Below are positions 26,801-40,432 of a stretch of DNA of 64,000 nucleotides, piece after piece (the first letter of the stretch is position 1; each line of letters starts with the position of its first letter). The notes below the pieces were generated by a model. The model was not told the origin of the DNA. It ran no database searches and saw nothing but the letters and a program-made list of their open reading frames with translations. The stretch lies in NCBI RefSeq assembly GCF_009914755.1, contig NC_060931.1; one strand, 5' to 3'. The translations under genes were made by a program, and so were the position numbers. The stretch is from the human T2T-CHM13v2.0 reference genome, Homo sapiens.

Positions 26801-28768
26801 AAACAAGGTTAGAAAATGTGCTGTGCTTTGATGTGCACATACATAAACATATCTGGTGCATTAAAGAGTAGTATTGCCGTCAGCATGTCTCACCTCCAGC
26901 CTTAAGGTGGTTTTCTCCTGTCTCAGTAGATAGAACATACAATCGGGTTTTACACCGAGACATTCCATTGCCCAGGGATGAGCAGGAGACAGATGCCTTC
27001 CTCTTATCTCAACTGCAAAGAGGCCTTCCTCTTTTACTAATCCTCCTCAGCACAGACCCTTTATGGGTGTCGGGCTGGGGGACGGTCAGGTCTTTCCCTT
27101 CCCACGAAGCCGTATTTCAGACTGTCACATGGGGAGAAACCTTGGACAAGACCTGGCTTTCCTAGGCAGAGGTCCCTGCGGCCTTCTGCAGTGTTTTGTG
27201 TCCGTGGGTACTTGAGATTAGGGAGTGGTGATGATTTTTAACAAGCATACTGCCTTCAAGCATTTGTTTAACAAAGCACATCCTGCATAGCCCTAAATCC
27301 ATGAAACCTTGAGTCGACACAGCACATGTCGTAGGGAGCACAGGGTTGGGGGTAGGGTTGCAGATTAACAGCATCTCAAGGCAGAATAATTTTTCTTAAT
27401 ACAGAACAAAATGGAGTCTCTTACGTCTACTTCTTTCTGCATTGACACAGTAACAGTCTGATCTCCCTTTCTTTTCCCCACACTACCTGGTTTAGTCTTG
27501 GTAGGGTGTAGGCATCCAAGAGTTTATTCATTTCTTCTAGATTTTCTAGTTTATTTGTGTAGAGGTGTTTATAGTATTCTGTGATGGTAGTTGGTATTTT
27601 TGTGGGGTCAGTGGTGATACCCCTTTAACATTTTTTGTTGAGTCTATTTGATTCTTCTCTCTCTTCTTATTAGTCTAGCTAGTGGTCTGTTTTGTTACTT
27701 TTTTTAAAAAACAGACCCTAGATTCATTGATTTTTTTTTGGAGTGTTTTTTTTGTGTGTGTGTGTCTCTGTCTCCTTCAATTCTTCTCTGATCTTATTTC
27801 TTGTCTTCTGCTAGCTTTTGGGTTCATTTGCTCTTGCCTTTCTAGTTCTTTTAATTGTGATGTTAAGGTGTTGATATGAGATCTTTCTAGCTTTCTGATG
27901 TGGGCATTTAGTGCTATAAATTCCTCTCTTAACACTACTTTATCTGTGTCCTGGAGATTCTGGTACATTGTCTCTTTGTTCTCATTGGTTTCAAAGCACT
28001 TCTTGATTTCTGCCTTAATTTCATTATTTACCCTGGAGCCATTCAGGAGCAAGTTGTTCAGTTTCCATGACATTGTGTGGTTTTGAGTGAGCAATACTAA
28101 CCTTAAATGTAAATGGGCCAAATGCCCCAATTAAAAGACACAGACTGGCAAATTAGCTAAGTGGTCAAGACTCATCTGTGTGCTGTATTCAGGAGACCCA
28201 TCTTCCGCACAAAAACACATACAGGCTCAAAAGAAAGGGATGGAGGGAAATTTACCAAACAAATAGAAAGCAAAAGAAAGCAGAGGTTGCAGTCCTAGTC
28301 TCTGATAAAACAGACTTTAAATCAACAAAGATAAAAAAAGACAAAGGCATTACGTAATGGTAAAGGAAACAGTTCAACAAGAAGAGGTGACTATTCTGAA
28401 TATATATGCACCCAAGGAGCACCCAGATTCATAAAACAAGTTCTTAGAGACCTACAAAGAGACTTAGATTCCCACACAATAATAATGGGAGACTTTAACA
28501 CCCCACTGTCAGTATTAGATCAACGAGACAGAAAATTAACAAGGATATTCAGGACTTGAACTTAGCTCTCTATCAAGTGGACCTGATAGACGTCTGCAGA
28601 ACTCTCTACCCCAAATCAACTGAATATACATTCTTCTCAGTGCCACATGGCACTTATTCTAAAATTGACCACATAATTGGAAGTAAAACACTCTTCAGCA
28701 AATGCAAAATAACTGAAATCATAACAAACAGTCTCTCAGATCACAGTGTAATCAAATTAGAACTCAGG
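23835..28768 (-). mobile_element. L1PA8-like element with 5' inversion (28092-28768 on +), interrupted by LTR5B
   Basis: ORF2 peptides on -, endonuclease peptide (YTFFSVPHGTYSKIDH) on +; degenerate TSD AGGAA(G/A)TGTT at 23825-23834 and 28766-28775. Confidence 0.92.
26510..27482 (-). mobile_element. HERV-K(HML-2) solo LTR, LTR5B-like, 973 bp
   Basis: reverse complement starts TGTGGGGAAAAGAAAGGGAGATCAGACTGTTAC and ends GGCCACCCCTTC; 5-bp TSD CTTCC/CTACC within L1 ORF2. Confidence 0.92.
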
Positions 28769-29874
28769 AAATGTTATCTTTCTAGAAAGAAAAGGAACTG
28801 GAGATATTGTAATGATAGTTTGTGTAAAACCTTTAACTTTTACAGTATCTTCATATTAATAATTTCCTTCATTTATAGCCTTATAAGAAAGGTGTAATAG
28901 ACAACTGGTGATTGTGGATAAGGGGTAGCAAAATCTTTTCCCTTTTTGCATGAAAACTTTACCTTTGGTTAACTCCCTCTCTTTGTTCCCTTGGTAATGT
29001 GATAAAATATTTCAACTGTGTTACTAGGCAACATTATTTATGGTAAGTATAACTTATGATTGTCAAACTGCATCTGTACTGGGAGAAACTACAAACTACA
29101 AATACTTGATGTGGACTCTTGTAACTAAACATGCCCCTTGAGGGACCCTGGAAGCTATACCTATGGAGTTGTTACAAGAGATACTGGCTTTTGAGGGACA
29201 TTAGGCTTGTAAACCAGAGTGGCTTTCATACATGCTAATGTGGAACTTTTCTGGTCTGAGTGGTGTGTTTTATGCATGTAAGACTCTGCCTTACTATTAA
29301 TTAGTGTCTGAGTCACCTATTGTTGGGAGGTAGTTGTTTGTGTGTGTGAGTAGGGGTGTGAAAATGAAATATTTTACATAAATTCTTTATTAGCTTAGGT
29401 ACAAGTATATTTATTTCCTGTTGCAGTTTTCTTTAATTTATTGTATTGGGCTGAACAGAACTTCCTGTTTTTCTTGTAAACCATTCCCTACAACCACCAT
29501 AACTTTCCCTAGCACCTGTGAGCTCTATACTTGTTGTGTTTGGACTTGTTCCATCTTAAATATTTGTGGTTTCTGCCTCTGTGGATTATACCCTGTAAAT
29601 CTTACTCCCTAGTCATACCTAGGTTGATCAGTTGGCAGCCTGACTGCCTCTGAATGAGAAGTATGAGCAGGATAACTAGGCTTTTGAAAATGCCAGGAAT
29701 GTTTAGTTTGGAGAAGGGATTTGATTTTGGTTATTTTACGTATTAGATTCTAACTGATCACTTCTGATTATGGGAGAAAGAAGATGACAGCAGAATGATT
29801 AATTTTTTAATTTCTATGAAACACAGGCAGTGTGTTTATAAACATTTTCTTACATTAACTTTTAAAATGGGCAT

Positions 29875-30325
<451 letters not shown>

Positions 30326-30701
30326 TTGTTTTTCCATTTAAACCACACTATTGATATTAAAATACTTCTTAATGTATTTTCATGTAAGATGAAAAGATGT
30401 AAAAAAACCTGCCTTATTTGTTTTTGTGGTTTGAGCATAGTGAAAGTATTCAGGATGGAGCTTTAGCACTTAGTATCCTATGAGTACAGATGTGACTTTT
30501 TTTGAAAGCAGAATTTTTTTTTTCTACTACTGCTTGTGTTTCCGGACTTAAAGTTTACTTGATAGATGGAAGTGTAGATTATTGGCTAAATATATAATCA
30601 TAATAGCCACTCAAATGAAATCGTCATTTTATTTCCCTTATTGTACTTATTTTGGTTTAGAATTGTTAACTTTTATTCAAGTATTTTGCATAGTTCTTTA
30701 A

Positions 30702-31007
<306 letters not shown>

Positions 31008-31061
31008 ATGTTTTTTTTTTTTAATGATGAAAACAGTAGGCTTTACTTGAGGTCTTTTCTT

Positions 31062-31336
31062 TTTTATTTATAGTTTTAAAATAATCTGGTTGAGCTTATG
31101 CAAGAAAAAATATCCTAAAATTCAGGCTTTTATAGTTTTATAGTTTTATAATATATTTTATAGTTTTATTTATAGTTTTAAAATAATCTGGTTGAGCTTA
31201 TGCAAGAAAAAATATCCTAAAATTCAGGCTTTTATAGTTTTATAGTTTTATAATACATTTTATAGTTTTATTTATAGTTTTAAAATAATCTGGTTGAGCT
31301 TATGCAAGAAAAAATATCCTAAAATTCAGGCTTTTA
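31062..31336. repeat. 102-bp unit tandem repeat, about 2.7 copies
   Basis: exact period 102, one mismatch seen. Confidence 0.96.
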
Positions 31337-31378
31337 AGTGTATGTGCCAGACACTGTTATAGGTAATAGAGATAAAAA

Positions 31379-31550
31379 CTTTTTTATTTTATTTTATTTT
31401 ATTATTATTTTACTTTTAGGGTACATGTGCACAATGTGCAGGTTAGTTACATATGTATACATGTGCCATGCTGCTGTGCTGCACCCATTAACTCGTCATT
31501 TAGCATTAGGTATATCTCCTAATGCTATCCCTCCCCCCTCCCTCCACCCC
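31379..31550 (-). mobile_element. very short L1PA2/3-like 3' end
   Basis: GGTTAGTTAC diagnostic; TSD GAGATAAAAA at 31369-31378 and 31551-31560. Confidence 0.88.
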
Positions 31551-32102
31551 GAGATAAAAATTTTTAAAAGACATATCCTTTCTTTCTTTCTTGGGTACAG
31601 GATGGATATATTAATATATAGTTTTAATACAGTATGGTAAGTGCTATAATAAAGAAAATGCATAGAGTTCTTGGATATCTTTCACGTATGTATTTCCAAA
31701 CACAGCCTGTTGGACAAATTGGAGGGTTTATCTTGGTGTTTAAGTGTATCTTGAAGGATGAGTAGCTGAAGGAGTTGAGAATGGGATGGGAATAGAAAAG
31801 AGGCCATATGTAATTAGTAGGAACTTATATAATTTTCTGTAAGAAAAACAAAAATTTCATTGTTGCAGAAATAATGGGAAAAATAAAAATTAGATCAGAG
31901 TTGTTGAACTTAAATGTTTTATTTTTAATTAAGAGAAAGGAAGTTTTTTTGTCATTTTGTTGATCTAAGGAGAGAAATGTCCTAAGTGCTATAATGTTTG
32001 GAGAATATAAAGTTAATTTTGGAGATCACTTTTTTTCATATAGGTCATATGCGGAAAAGACCTGATGTATTAATGATGGTTATTCTTTTTTTCTTCCTCC
32101 AG

Positions 32103-32225
32103 AGTGAAGGGAATATTTTGATTGCCCAAAGAAATGAAATGCAGCAGAAGCTGTACATGTCAGTAGAAGATTTTATTCTGGAAGTTGATGAGTCATCTCT
32201 TAATAAACGCTTAAAAACATTGCAG
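32103..32225 (+). CDS. STK31: STK31 exon (~11, 123 nt): SEGNILIAQRNEMQQK...RLKTLQ
   Basis: ttcttcctccag acceptor, CAG|gttgga donor; phase 0/0. Confidence 0.95.
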
Positions 32226-33034
32226 GTTGGAATTAAAAATATATTAAATATACGTTAAATTGTAAGTTTATTTAAGAAGTGAAATTAGCATTTACCTTAA
32301 GACTTTAGATTGTTCTGTGATGGTTGCAAAAGTTTTTCCTGTTTCCTGAATTCTGATTTCTTTTTAATGGGATTAAAAGTTTATATTAATATATTTTGTG
32401 GCTATGTTTATATGCATATCTATCTTGCAAACAAGGTAAAATGGCTAGGGACTCCAGTATTCACTGGGGAAATTAATGGAGACAGGAGCAGTAGCAGGTA
32501 TGTGGGTCCCTATCGTCCATTGCATTCTAGCAGAAAATGTAGTAGGACCACATGTTACAGGGAGAAGGGATCAACTCTGATCCATAAATTATAGGGTTTT
32601 TAGGCTCCATGACCAGGGAAGTTTCTCCCTGATGTGATCAGAGGCTAGAGTACTGTAGTACATATAGCTATATGATATGGTGGAATCTTGTCTTCAGCTC
32701 TGTCTTGCCAGCTCAGGAATGACTTTAATTCGGGGTGAATGAACATGACAGTGTTAAGTAATTTCACCTAATAATAGTGTTTCTCTCTACTTATTCAGAT
32801 CTTTTTTTGTCCTTTAATATTGTTTAAAATTTTTCTCTATAAGTCCTCATGCTTTTTTCTTCATTTAACTTTTATTTATTTATGCTTTTGATTGCTTTTA
32901 TGAATATTATCTTGTCATTTCCTAGTTTTGATTGAATAGAGGAATACTGTTCATTTTTATGTACTGGTGTTTCTCTGATAACTCTGCTGATCTCTCTTTT
33001 AGTTCTCATTTGTCTGTTGATACTCTGCTTTCTG

Positions 33035-33145
33035 TGTTTTCAAATGTTTTCATTTGAAATGTTTTCATTTTCTAATGTTTTCATTTGAAATGTTTTCATT
33101 TTCAAATGTTTTCATTTCATTTTCAAGTGTTTTCATTTGAAAACA
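33035..33145. repeat. 15/16-bp minisatellite (AAATGTTTTCATTT-G/TC)n
   Basis: read directly from the sequence. Confidence 0.9.
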
Positions 33146-34336
33146 ATAACTCTTTAATCTTTTCTCTTCTAGTCCTTTTACCTTTTATGTATCTTTGAAT
33201 TTTTACTGCTTTGGTCAGTTACCCTAGTACTAAGCTGACCAGTAGCTAATATCGATCTTGTTGTGGACTGCAGGGAGTAAGCTTGCTAGAAATTTGGAGA
33301 AGAAGATATTCAGGGACATCTGGGCATTGTTTCTTTCTGTCCTGCTGGATGAAGATGTAGTTTTGATGATGCACCACATGGCTTAAGAACCATTGGAGCC
33401 CTGGTTTGAAACATTTTCTTAATTGGAATTGCATAAATAGTATAAGTTCTTCCAGAATGTTGAAGTAAGCCTTGCATATAAAAGGGCAGTAATATAGTAA
33501 GAATTTAGCTTTCCACAATGCAACTTCTACTTTGTCCCTTAAAGGTTTATTTCTTCTCACTGTTAGTAAATGTAGGTTAAGGTTCTGTAATTAAGATCAT
33601 CTTTAAACCTCTTTTCTTTTAAAAGTTCAATGCTAGAAGACTTTTTGCCTTAACTGGCTTGTCTCCACTTCTAGTATTCCCTCAGGTCACCAAAATATTC
33701 TTTAAACTTCTCTTTATTTTGCTGAGAAATAGTTTATATTTTTCAAGTATCCAAGAAAGATATTTCTATAATGAAGGTCAAATAAATGAAAGTTCTTGAT
33801 TTCTGATTTCCTCAGCATTTTATTTAGACTTCTTTTGTGGCATACAATACATGTTTGATTTTTTGTGACTGGTCTTCTTAAGTTCAAAAAGAAATTGTAT
33901 TCTCGGTTTTCTTGGTGTACAGTTTTAGATATATCTAAAACTTGCTTAGGTTTTGGTTGGTTCAGTATATCAGTCTTTGAGATATTTTTGTTACATATAT
34001 CTGAAATAGATAGGTTTGTCCCTATTTGTCCCTATTGTTCTTTTGGTTCTTGTTCAAAGTATTTCAGCGCCACATTGTTGGGTGTTAAGGTATTCATGAT
34101 TGTAATGTATTTAAAAATGTGTATCCCCCCCATGACACATGTTTACCTATGTAACAGACCTTCACATGTACCTCCAAACCTAAACTAAAAGTCAAAAATA
34201 ATAATAAAAATGTTTTCTTTTTAACTACTATGTAATCTTATTTTTTCACTTAGATTTTAAAAAATAAAATAAAAATTTTTTTGTTTGCCTTTTAAGTTCG
34301 TATCCCACCTTTCTTTTTGGTTAACACTGCAACATC

Positions 34337-34658
<322 letters not shown>

Positions 34659-34866
34659 TTCTCCCTTTATTTTTAACCTTTTGTATTCACGTTTTGAAAT
34701 AACCTCTTGATAACACACTAATGGATTTAATTTTTGAAAGCACCCAACGTATATCTTTTTTGTTGGTAACTTAATTTACATATTTATAATTACTGTTTTA
34801 TTAAAACTTATTTCTGTTTATCATCGTTTCTTTTTCTCTCTTTTTCTAACTTACACCTCTTATACT

Positions 34867-35153
34867 TTTTTTTTTTTTTTTGAGATGGAGTCTCACTCTG
34901 TTACCCAGGTTGGAGTGCAGTGGCACAGTCTTGGCTCACTGCAACTTCTGCCTCCTGGGTTCAAGTGATTCTCCTTCCTCAGCCTCATGAGTGGCTAGGA
35001 TTACAGGCAGGCCTGGCTAATTTTTGTGTTTTTAATAGAGATGGGGTTTCATCATGTTGGCCAGGCTAGTCTTGAACTCCTGGCCTCAAGTCATCCACCC
35101 GCCTCAGCCTCCCAAAGTGTTGGGATTACAGGCGTGAGCCACTGTGCCCGGCC
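34867..35153 (-). mobile_element. AluS
   Basis: dimer with poly-T. Confidence 0.9.
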
Positions 35154-35546
35154 ACTCTTCTAATACTTTAGAACATTCTTATCTGCCTTTGGTGTCTTTC
35201 CTCTCTTTCTCTACCTCCTTCCCCAAACCAACCAGTGAACCTACCACAATTGTCTAGGATTTTAGTCACGGGTTATTATAGATATTGTGTGTGATAGCTC
35301 AGTTAAATAGACTTTAGAGTTATTTTTCCATTCTTATTTCATAAGTCGTTTATCTCTTGGCTTTCTCTGTATATTGGAATATTTTCTCTAAGAGTGCTTT
35401 CAAAGAAATCTTTGTGTATTTGATTTTGCGAGTTATTTGATATTTCAGGATATCTCATTTCAATCTCAAATACAAATAGTTGTTTAGCTGACTATAAAAT
35501 AGCAAGTTCAAAGGCCATGTTTCCTTTACACCTTTGACAATAATAA

Positions 35547-35860
<314 letters not shown>

Positions 35861-37408
35861 TTCTTATTTCCATAATTGTTATCAGTCTAATCTTTGTTCT
35901 TCTGTGATCTTTTTTCCCTCTGGAAGTTTTAAAATTTTCTCTTGACTTTGTTCTTAAGTTGCATCAGAACATGTTTATGTTTTGACTGAATCTGAGCCAG
36001 TTCAGTCTGAGGTTTTATATATTTCTTTAATTGTAGGTAATACTTGATAATTATTTATTGAGATACTTCTCTCCCCCATTAATTTTTTCTCTTATTCTGA
36101 GACTTCTGATAGATATTTCAGCTTCTATTTCTGTTATCTACATATTTTAATGGCTAATCTATTGTTTAAAATCTTTTTATCTTATGTAGGAGGTGGGTTA
36201 AACTAAATAAATAAATACAATCTTTTTATCTTGTTGGTGTCTTTTTGGAGGGATCCTTGACTTAACCATGTAGCTAATGAATTAATCCTCTAGCTGTGTC
36301 CCTTCTGCCATTTAGCCAATCCATTGCGTTTTGTATGTCAAAGATTATTTCTTTTATATTTAATATCTTCCGTTGGTTATTTTTTATTTATAAGTACTTG
36401 GCTTTTGTGTTTCCAATATTCTTTCTTTTGTTGAGAATATTTATTATGCTTATTTTTGAGTTCTTACTGTTATCTGGGCCATTGACACTGATTTTGCTTC
36501 CTTTTTATAAAGTGGCTTAGTTTTTTATACTTCTTTCAGAGTGCTTGTGCTGTTCACACCATTTTATCCTCTTCTTATCTCTCCTCAAGATCTCATATTC
36601 CCTTGGAACTATAAGCTACCTTAGTTCTTTGCTGTTGTGTAGTTATATGAAGGGCCTAGGGAAGAGTGAAAGTCTGGACCACAACTTTTAAGACTTTGGA
36701 TAGGTTTAGGGAATAGAATGGGGTTATTTTTATTTTTAAGGGTCTAGCTTCTGATGTTGCCATCAGGGATTATCTACTTCCTCTTTGCTTCTCTCCTGGG
36801 TGGTCTGTCCTACTCTTCAGCAAACCTCTATTCCCTCTGCCTCAGCTACTGCTCCTTTCCAGGCACTACCACCCTTAGATGTAAATGCTGCCAGATATTC
36901 AGGGGAGAAGTGAAGGAAAGAGAATGGTCAGGGGCTGGCCAGCTCTTCTGTATTGGTTATCAGTTTTTGCCTCATCTGTGTTCTTGTGCTGTACTTGCAT
37001 AAACCTGTTGCCTCTTGATGGTGCTGCTGTTTTTCTTTCTGATGTGAGGGAGAGAGAAGAGCCTATGAAAAAAGTTTTCTTTTCCCACAGGTAATTCTGT
37101 GCTGTGACACAGTCCTTCTTTCACTTGTAGGGACTTTGTTAATTCAATGCTAAACACCAACCATCCTCTGCCTAAGATTTCTCAGAGTTTTGTGATTAAA
37201 AACTTCTGAGATCTCTTAAGCTTTTTTTCTTATCTCTGTAAAATTTCTAGGGTTTGATTTCTGGAGAGAGCTAGCAGGCTGTGCCTATCTTGTCTTTTCC
37301 AATTCTTTATTACGTTAAAAAATTTTATTGTTACTGTTATTTTTTTTTTGTGCACCTGCCCCGACAAACCCAGCCAGGCCAATTCATTAAAAAAATGCCT
37401 TTAAGTAC

Positions 37409-37714
37409 AGTCAAGGGCTGCATGGTTTGGTCAGTGATGGACTGCATATATGGTGGTGGTGCCATAAAATTATAGTACTTAACTGTACCTTTTCTGTGTT
37501 TACATAGGCAATCATTGTTACAATTGCTTACATTATTCAGCACAGTAACATGCTATATCTAGGAGCAGTAGGCTATAGCATGTAGTTTGGTTGTGTAGTA
37601 AATTTATACCATCTAGGTTTGCATCAGTACACTCCATGATGTTTGCATAATGATGAAATTGCCTCACGATGCATTTCTTAGAAGATATCCGTGTTGTTAA
37701 GTGATGCATGATTG
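37409..37714 (+). mobile_element. Tigger3a MITE
   Basis: TA|CAGTCA...CTAGGAGCAGTAGGCTATA...GTTAAGTGATGCATGATTG. Confidence 0.85.
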
Positions 37715-37839
37715 TCCATATATATGTTTAATGTCTTTACTTAATTAGAATTATTTGTATATTTTAGCGTGTAGTTTATTTTTATTTGGCAATCGGTCTT
37801 AGAAACTTTCATGCCAGGACAAACAGTAGTGATTCTTAT

Positions 37840-38016
37840 GATAGACAAAGGAGACTCAGAAGGGTGATTAGGGGTGGAGAGTGGTGGATGTTGAGAAATT
37901 ACTTAATGGGTTCAATGTACATTTGGATGATAGATACACTAAAGCCCAGACTTTACCACTACACAATATATCCATGTAGCAAAATTACTCTTGTACTTAA
38001 TAAATTTATACAAAAA
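37840..38016 (+). mobile_element. L1PB-type 3' end
   Basis: GAGAAATTACTTAATGGGT...AAAGCCCAGACTTTACCACTA. Confidence 0.75.
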
Positions 38017-38301
38017 GTTAGGGAAAACAGGGTAATGTCTACTTAATTAAAAACCATAAGGATATAAAGCTTTCTATTTGTAACTAATTCACTTAATAAA
38101 CTTTACTGTTATGGTCCAAATAAACCACCTTCTAGGTAGTTTTGTGTTTTCATCTCTATCTGATGATTCTAAGTTGTATTTATGAAATTCTCAAGAATGG
38201 GGATTCAGCATACTGCTTTTCTACCCCTTAGATCCTAACACAGTGCTCGAATCCTGAATTAGTTAATAAACTTTAATAAACAGAAGTATATCTCTCTGCA
38301 G

Positions 38302-38481
38302 GATTTGTCAGTCTCTTTAGAAGCAGTGTATGGACAAGCCAAAGAAGGAGCAAATTCTGATGAAATACTTAAAAAATTTTATGACTGGAAGTGTGATAAA
38401 AGAGAGGAGTTCACCAGTGTTAGAAGTGAAACAGACGCTTCTCTGCACCGTCTTGTAGCATGGTTCCAAAGAACCTTAAAG
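38302..38481 (+). CDS. STK31: STK31 exon (~12, 180 nt): DLSVSLEAVYGQAKEG...WFQRTLK
   Basis: tctctctgcag acceptor, AAG|gtaata donor; phase 0/0. Confidence 0.95.
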
Positions 38482-38947
38482 GTAATAAAAGCTCCTGCCC
38501 GGTTGTGTTTGTAGCATAAACCAGGGAATATATATTTTAAAAATCACGCGCTTTGTTCAAGAGCTGACATCATCTACCTACTATGTATCAGATTTAAAAT
38601 TGCCACCTTACCAGTCAAGGTTCTTTATTAGCTTTTAGTCAGATTGCTCCTTTTATTAGTCTCAAAAAAATCATATCGGTCTTGTTCCTCCCTTTTCCTC
38701 AGCTTTTCCTAAGGATTGTCCTCTTTCCTCTTTTAACCATTTATTTATTTTCTTACAGTATGCTATGTGTATGTACCTTTTCCTTTCAGTGCATAAATTT
38801 TATGAGGGTAGGCACTTTTTTTTCCTGCATTCCTAGTTCTTTTACATTGCCCAGGGTATAGCTTAATACTCTGCTTCAGGTATTAAGGCACGATGAATGC
38901 TGATTGAATTAAATGAGATATTTCATGTGTTTATTTTTGCAAATGAG

Positions 38948-39064
38948 GTTTTTGACCTATCTGTGGAAGGATCACTGATTTCAGAAGACGCAATGGATAA
39001 TATTGATGAAATCCTAGAGAAGACTGAGTCAAGTGTCTGCAAAGAGCTGGAGATAGCTCTGGTT
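38948..39064 (+). CDS. STK31: STK31 exon (~13, 117 nt): VFDLSVEGSLISEDAMDNIDE...LEIALV
   Basis: unusual gcaaatgag acceptor, GTT|gtgagt donor; phase 0/0. Confidence 0.92.
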
Positions 39065-39930
39065 GTGAGTATCGATATTCTTTATTATTGCCTCCTTTGA
39101 AGCAGTGTGGTTTCCTTTCATGGTTAGAAAGTATTAACCAATAATAGAGTTTTTCTTGCTAGTTAGAAAGTATTAAGACTGATCTTAGCTTTCTTCTAAT
39201 AGGCTTGTTGAAAGAGTAACAATGTCTAGTTCTAATCCAGACACCATGCAAAGTCTTATTCTTAGGTGACATTTTTGTTTTAATAGGACATTTCACATAA
39301 AAAATCTGTTTAATTCTAAGAAAACTGCTCTTAATTTGAGTGGACAATCTTGTCTATATTTTGATTCTTGAATGTGTCATACCAAATGACTATAAGAAGA
39401 GACTCCTTAGAGTTTGTGAAAACTTAAAATCTGAGAGAGCTCTGAAAGTTGACACACAAGATGGAGTGGTCATCCTCTTTCTTTCTCCATTGTGTATATT
39501 CTTTGTTACAGTGTCAAGGTAAAAATTAGTGTAGCTACTCCAAAGGGTGTTTTGTAATTTTAATTATTGCTCATTGGGACTCTTCCCAGTTATTCAGGCT
39601 GCTTTCCAATGTTTCAGTGGTTAGGCTTCTCATTTTACTTGTTTTTTCTTTTTTTTACTTTTTATAATTTTACTCATATTGGCATTAAAAATACATTAAG
39701 AAGTTTTATATTGTTAAATAGTCCTGATGTAGATAGTTTTGTCAGACTTGATTTTAGTAGTAGTTGTTAACAGGTGATTTCTAAAAGTAAAGTGTTGAAG
39801 GTCTATATATTGTTTATAGTTCTTATATTTAGCATATTAGTATCCCTGATTTCCATTAATGCTCTTATTCTACACAGCTTTGGGAATAATGGTGTAATAC
39901 GGGTAAAGTTTCCCATATGAATGGCTTTGC

Positions 39931-40124
39931 TTTTTTTAGAGAGACAGTGTCTTGCTCTGTCGCCCAGGCTGGAGTGCATTGATGTGATCCTAGCTCACTG
40001 CAGCCTTGAACTCCTTAATCTCCCTGCCTCAGCCTCCCTTGTAGCTAGGACTACAGGTGTATACCACTGTGCTCAGCTAATTAAAAATTTTTTTTTAGGG
40101 ACTGGTCTCACTATGTTGCCTGGC
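39931..40124 (-). mobile_element. partial AluJ
   Basis: right arm plus the start of the left arm. Confidence 0.85.
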
Positions 40125-40312
40125 TGCCATATGAACATCTTTGATATCTATCTATCTTCTGACTAGGAAAACATTTGTGTTTAAGAACTGTTTTGAAATC
40201 ACTGCAGAAATCTGTTAAAGGCATAATTTTGAAGTTTATCTATTGTTATTGGAGGCCTTAGCTGTTTTGGATATTCCTTTGTGTATAATTCTATGTGTGT
40301 GATTTCATTTAG

Positions 40313-40432
40313 GATCAAGGTGATGCAGACAAGGAGATAATTTCAAATACATATAGTCAAGTACTGCAAAAGATTCATTCAGAGGAAAGGCTCATTGCCA
40401 CAGTACAAGCTAAGTACAAGGACAGTATTGAG
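40313..40432 (+). CDS. STK31: STK31 exon (~14, 120 nt): DQGDADKEIISNTYSQ...KYKDSIE
   Basis: tttcatttag acceptor, GAG|gtttga donor; phase 0/0. Confidence 0.94.

Noticed and set aside
27777-28130. Novel 117-aa protein
   Set aside because: It spans the L1 inversion junction
29116-29180. 10-bp inverted repeat CTCTTGTAAC/GTTACAAGAG as a possible ncRNA hairpin
   Set aside because: The stem does not extend and I saw no snoRNA boxes; expected by chance in 64 kb
31062-31336. Repeat-spacer-repeat pattern resembling a CRISPR array
   Set aside because: The spacers are the same sequence, the repeats are too long, there are no cas genes and the context is a human intron; it is a tandem repeat
33315-33330. 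DIWAL peptide suggesting an extra kinase exon
   Set aside because: A stop follows shortly, no other kinase motifs are present and the STK31 CDS is continuous without it
38482-38947. U12-type intron to explain the odd acceptor
   Set aside because: The donor is GTAATA, not GTATCCTT
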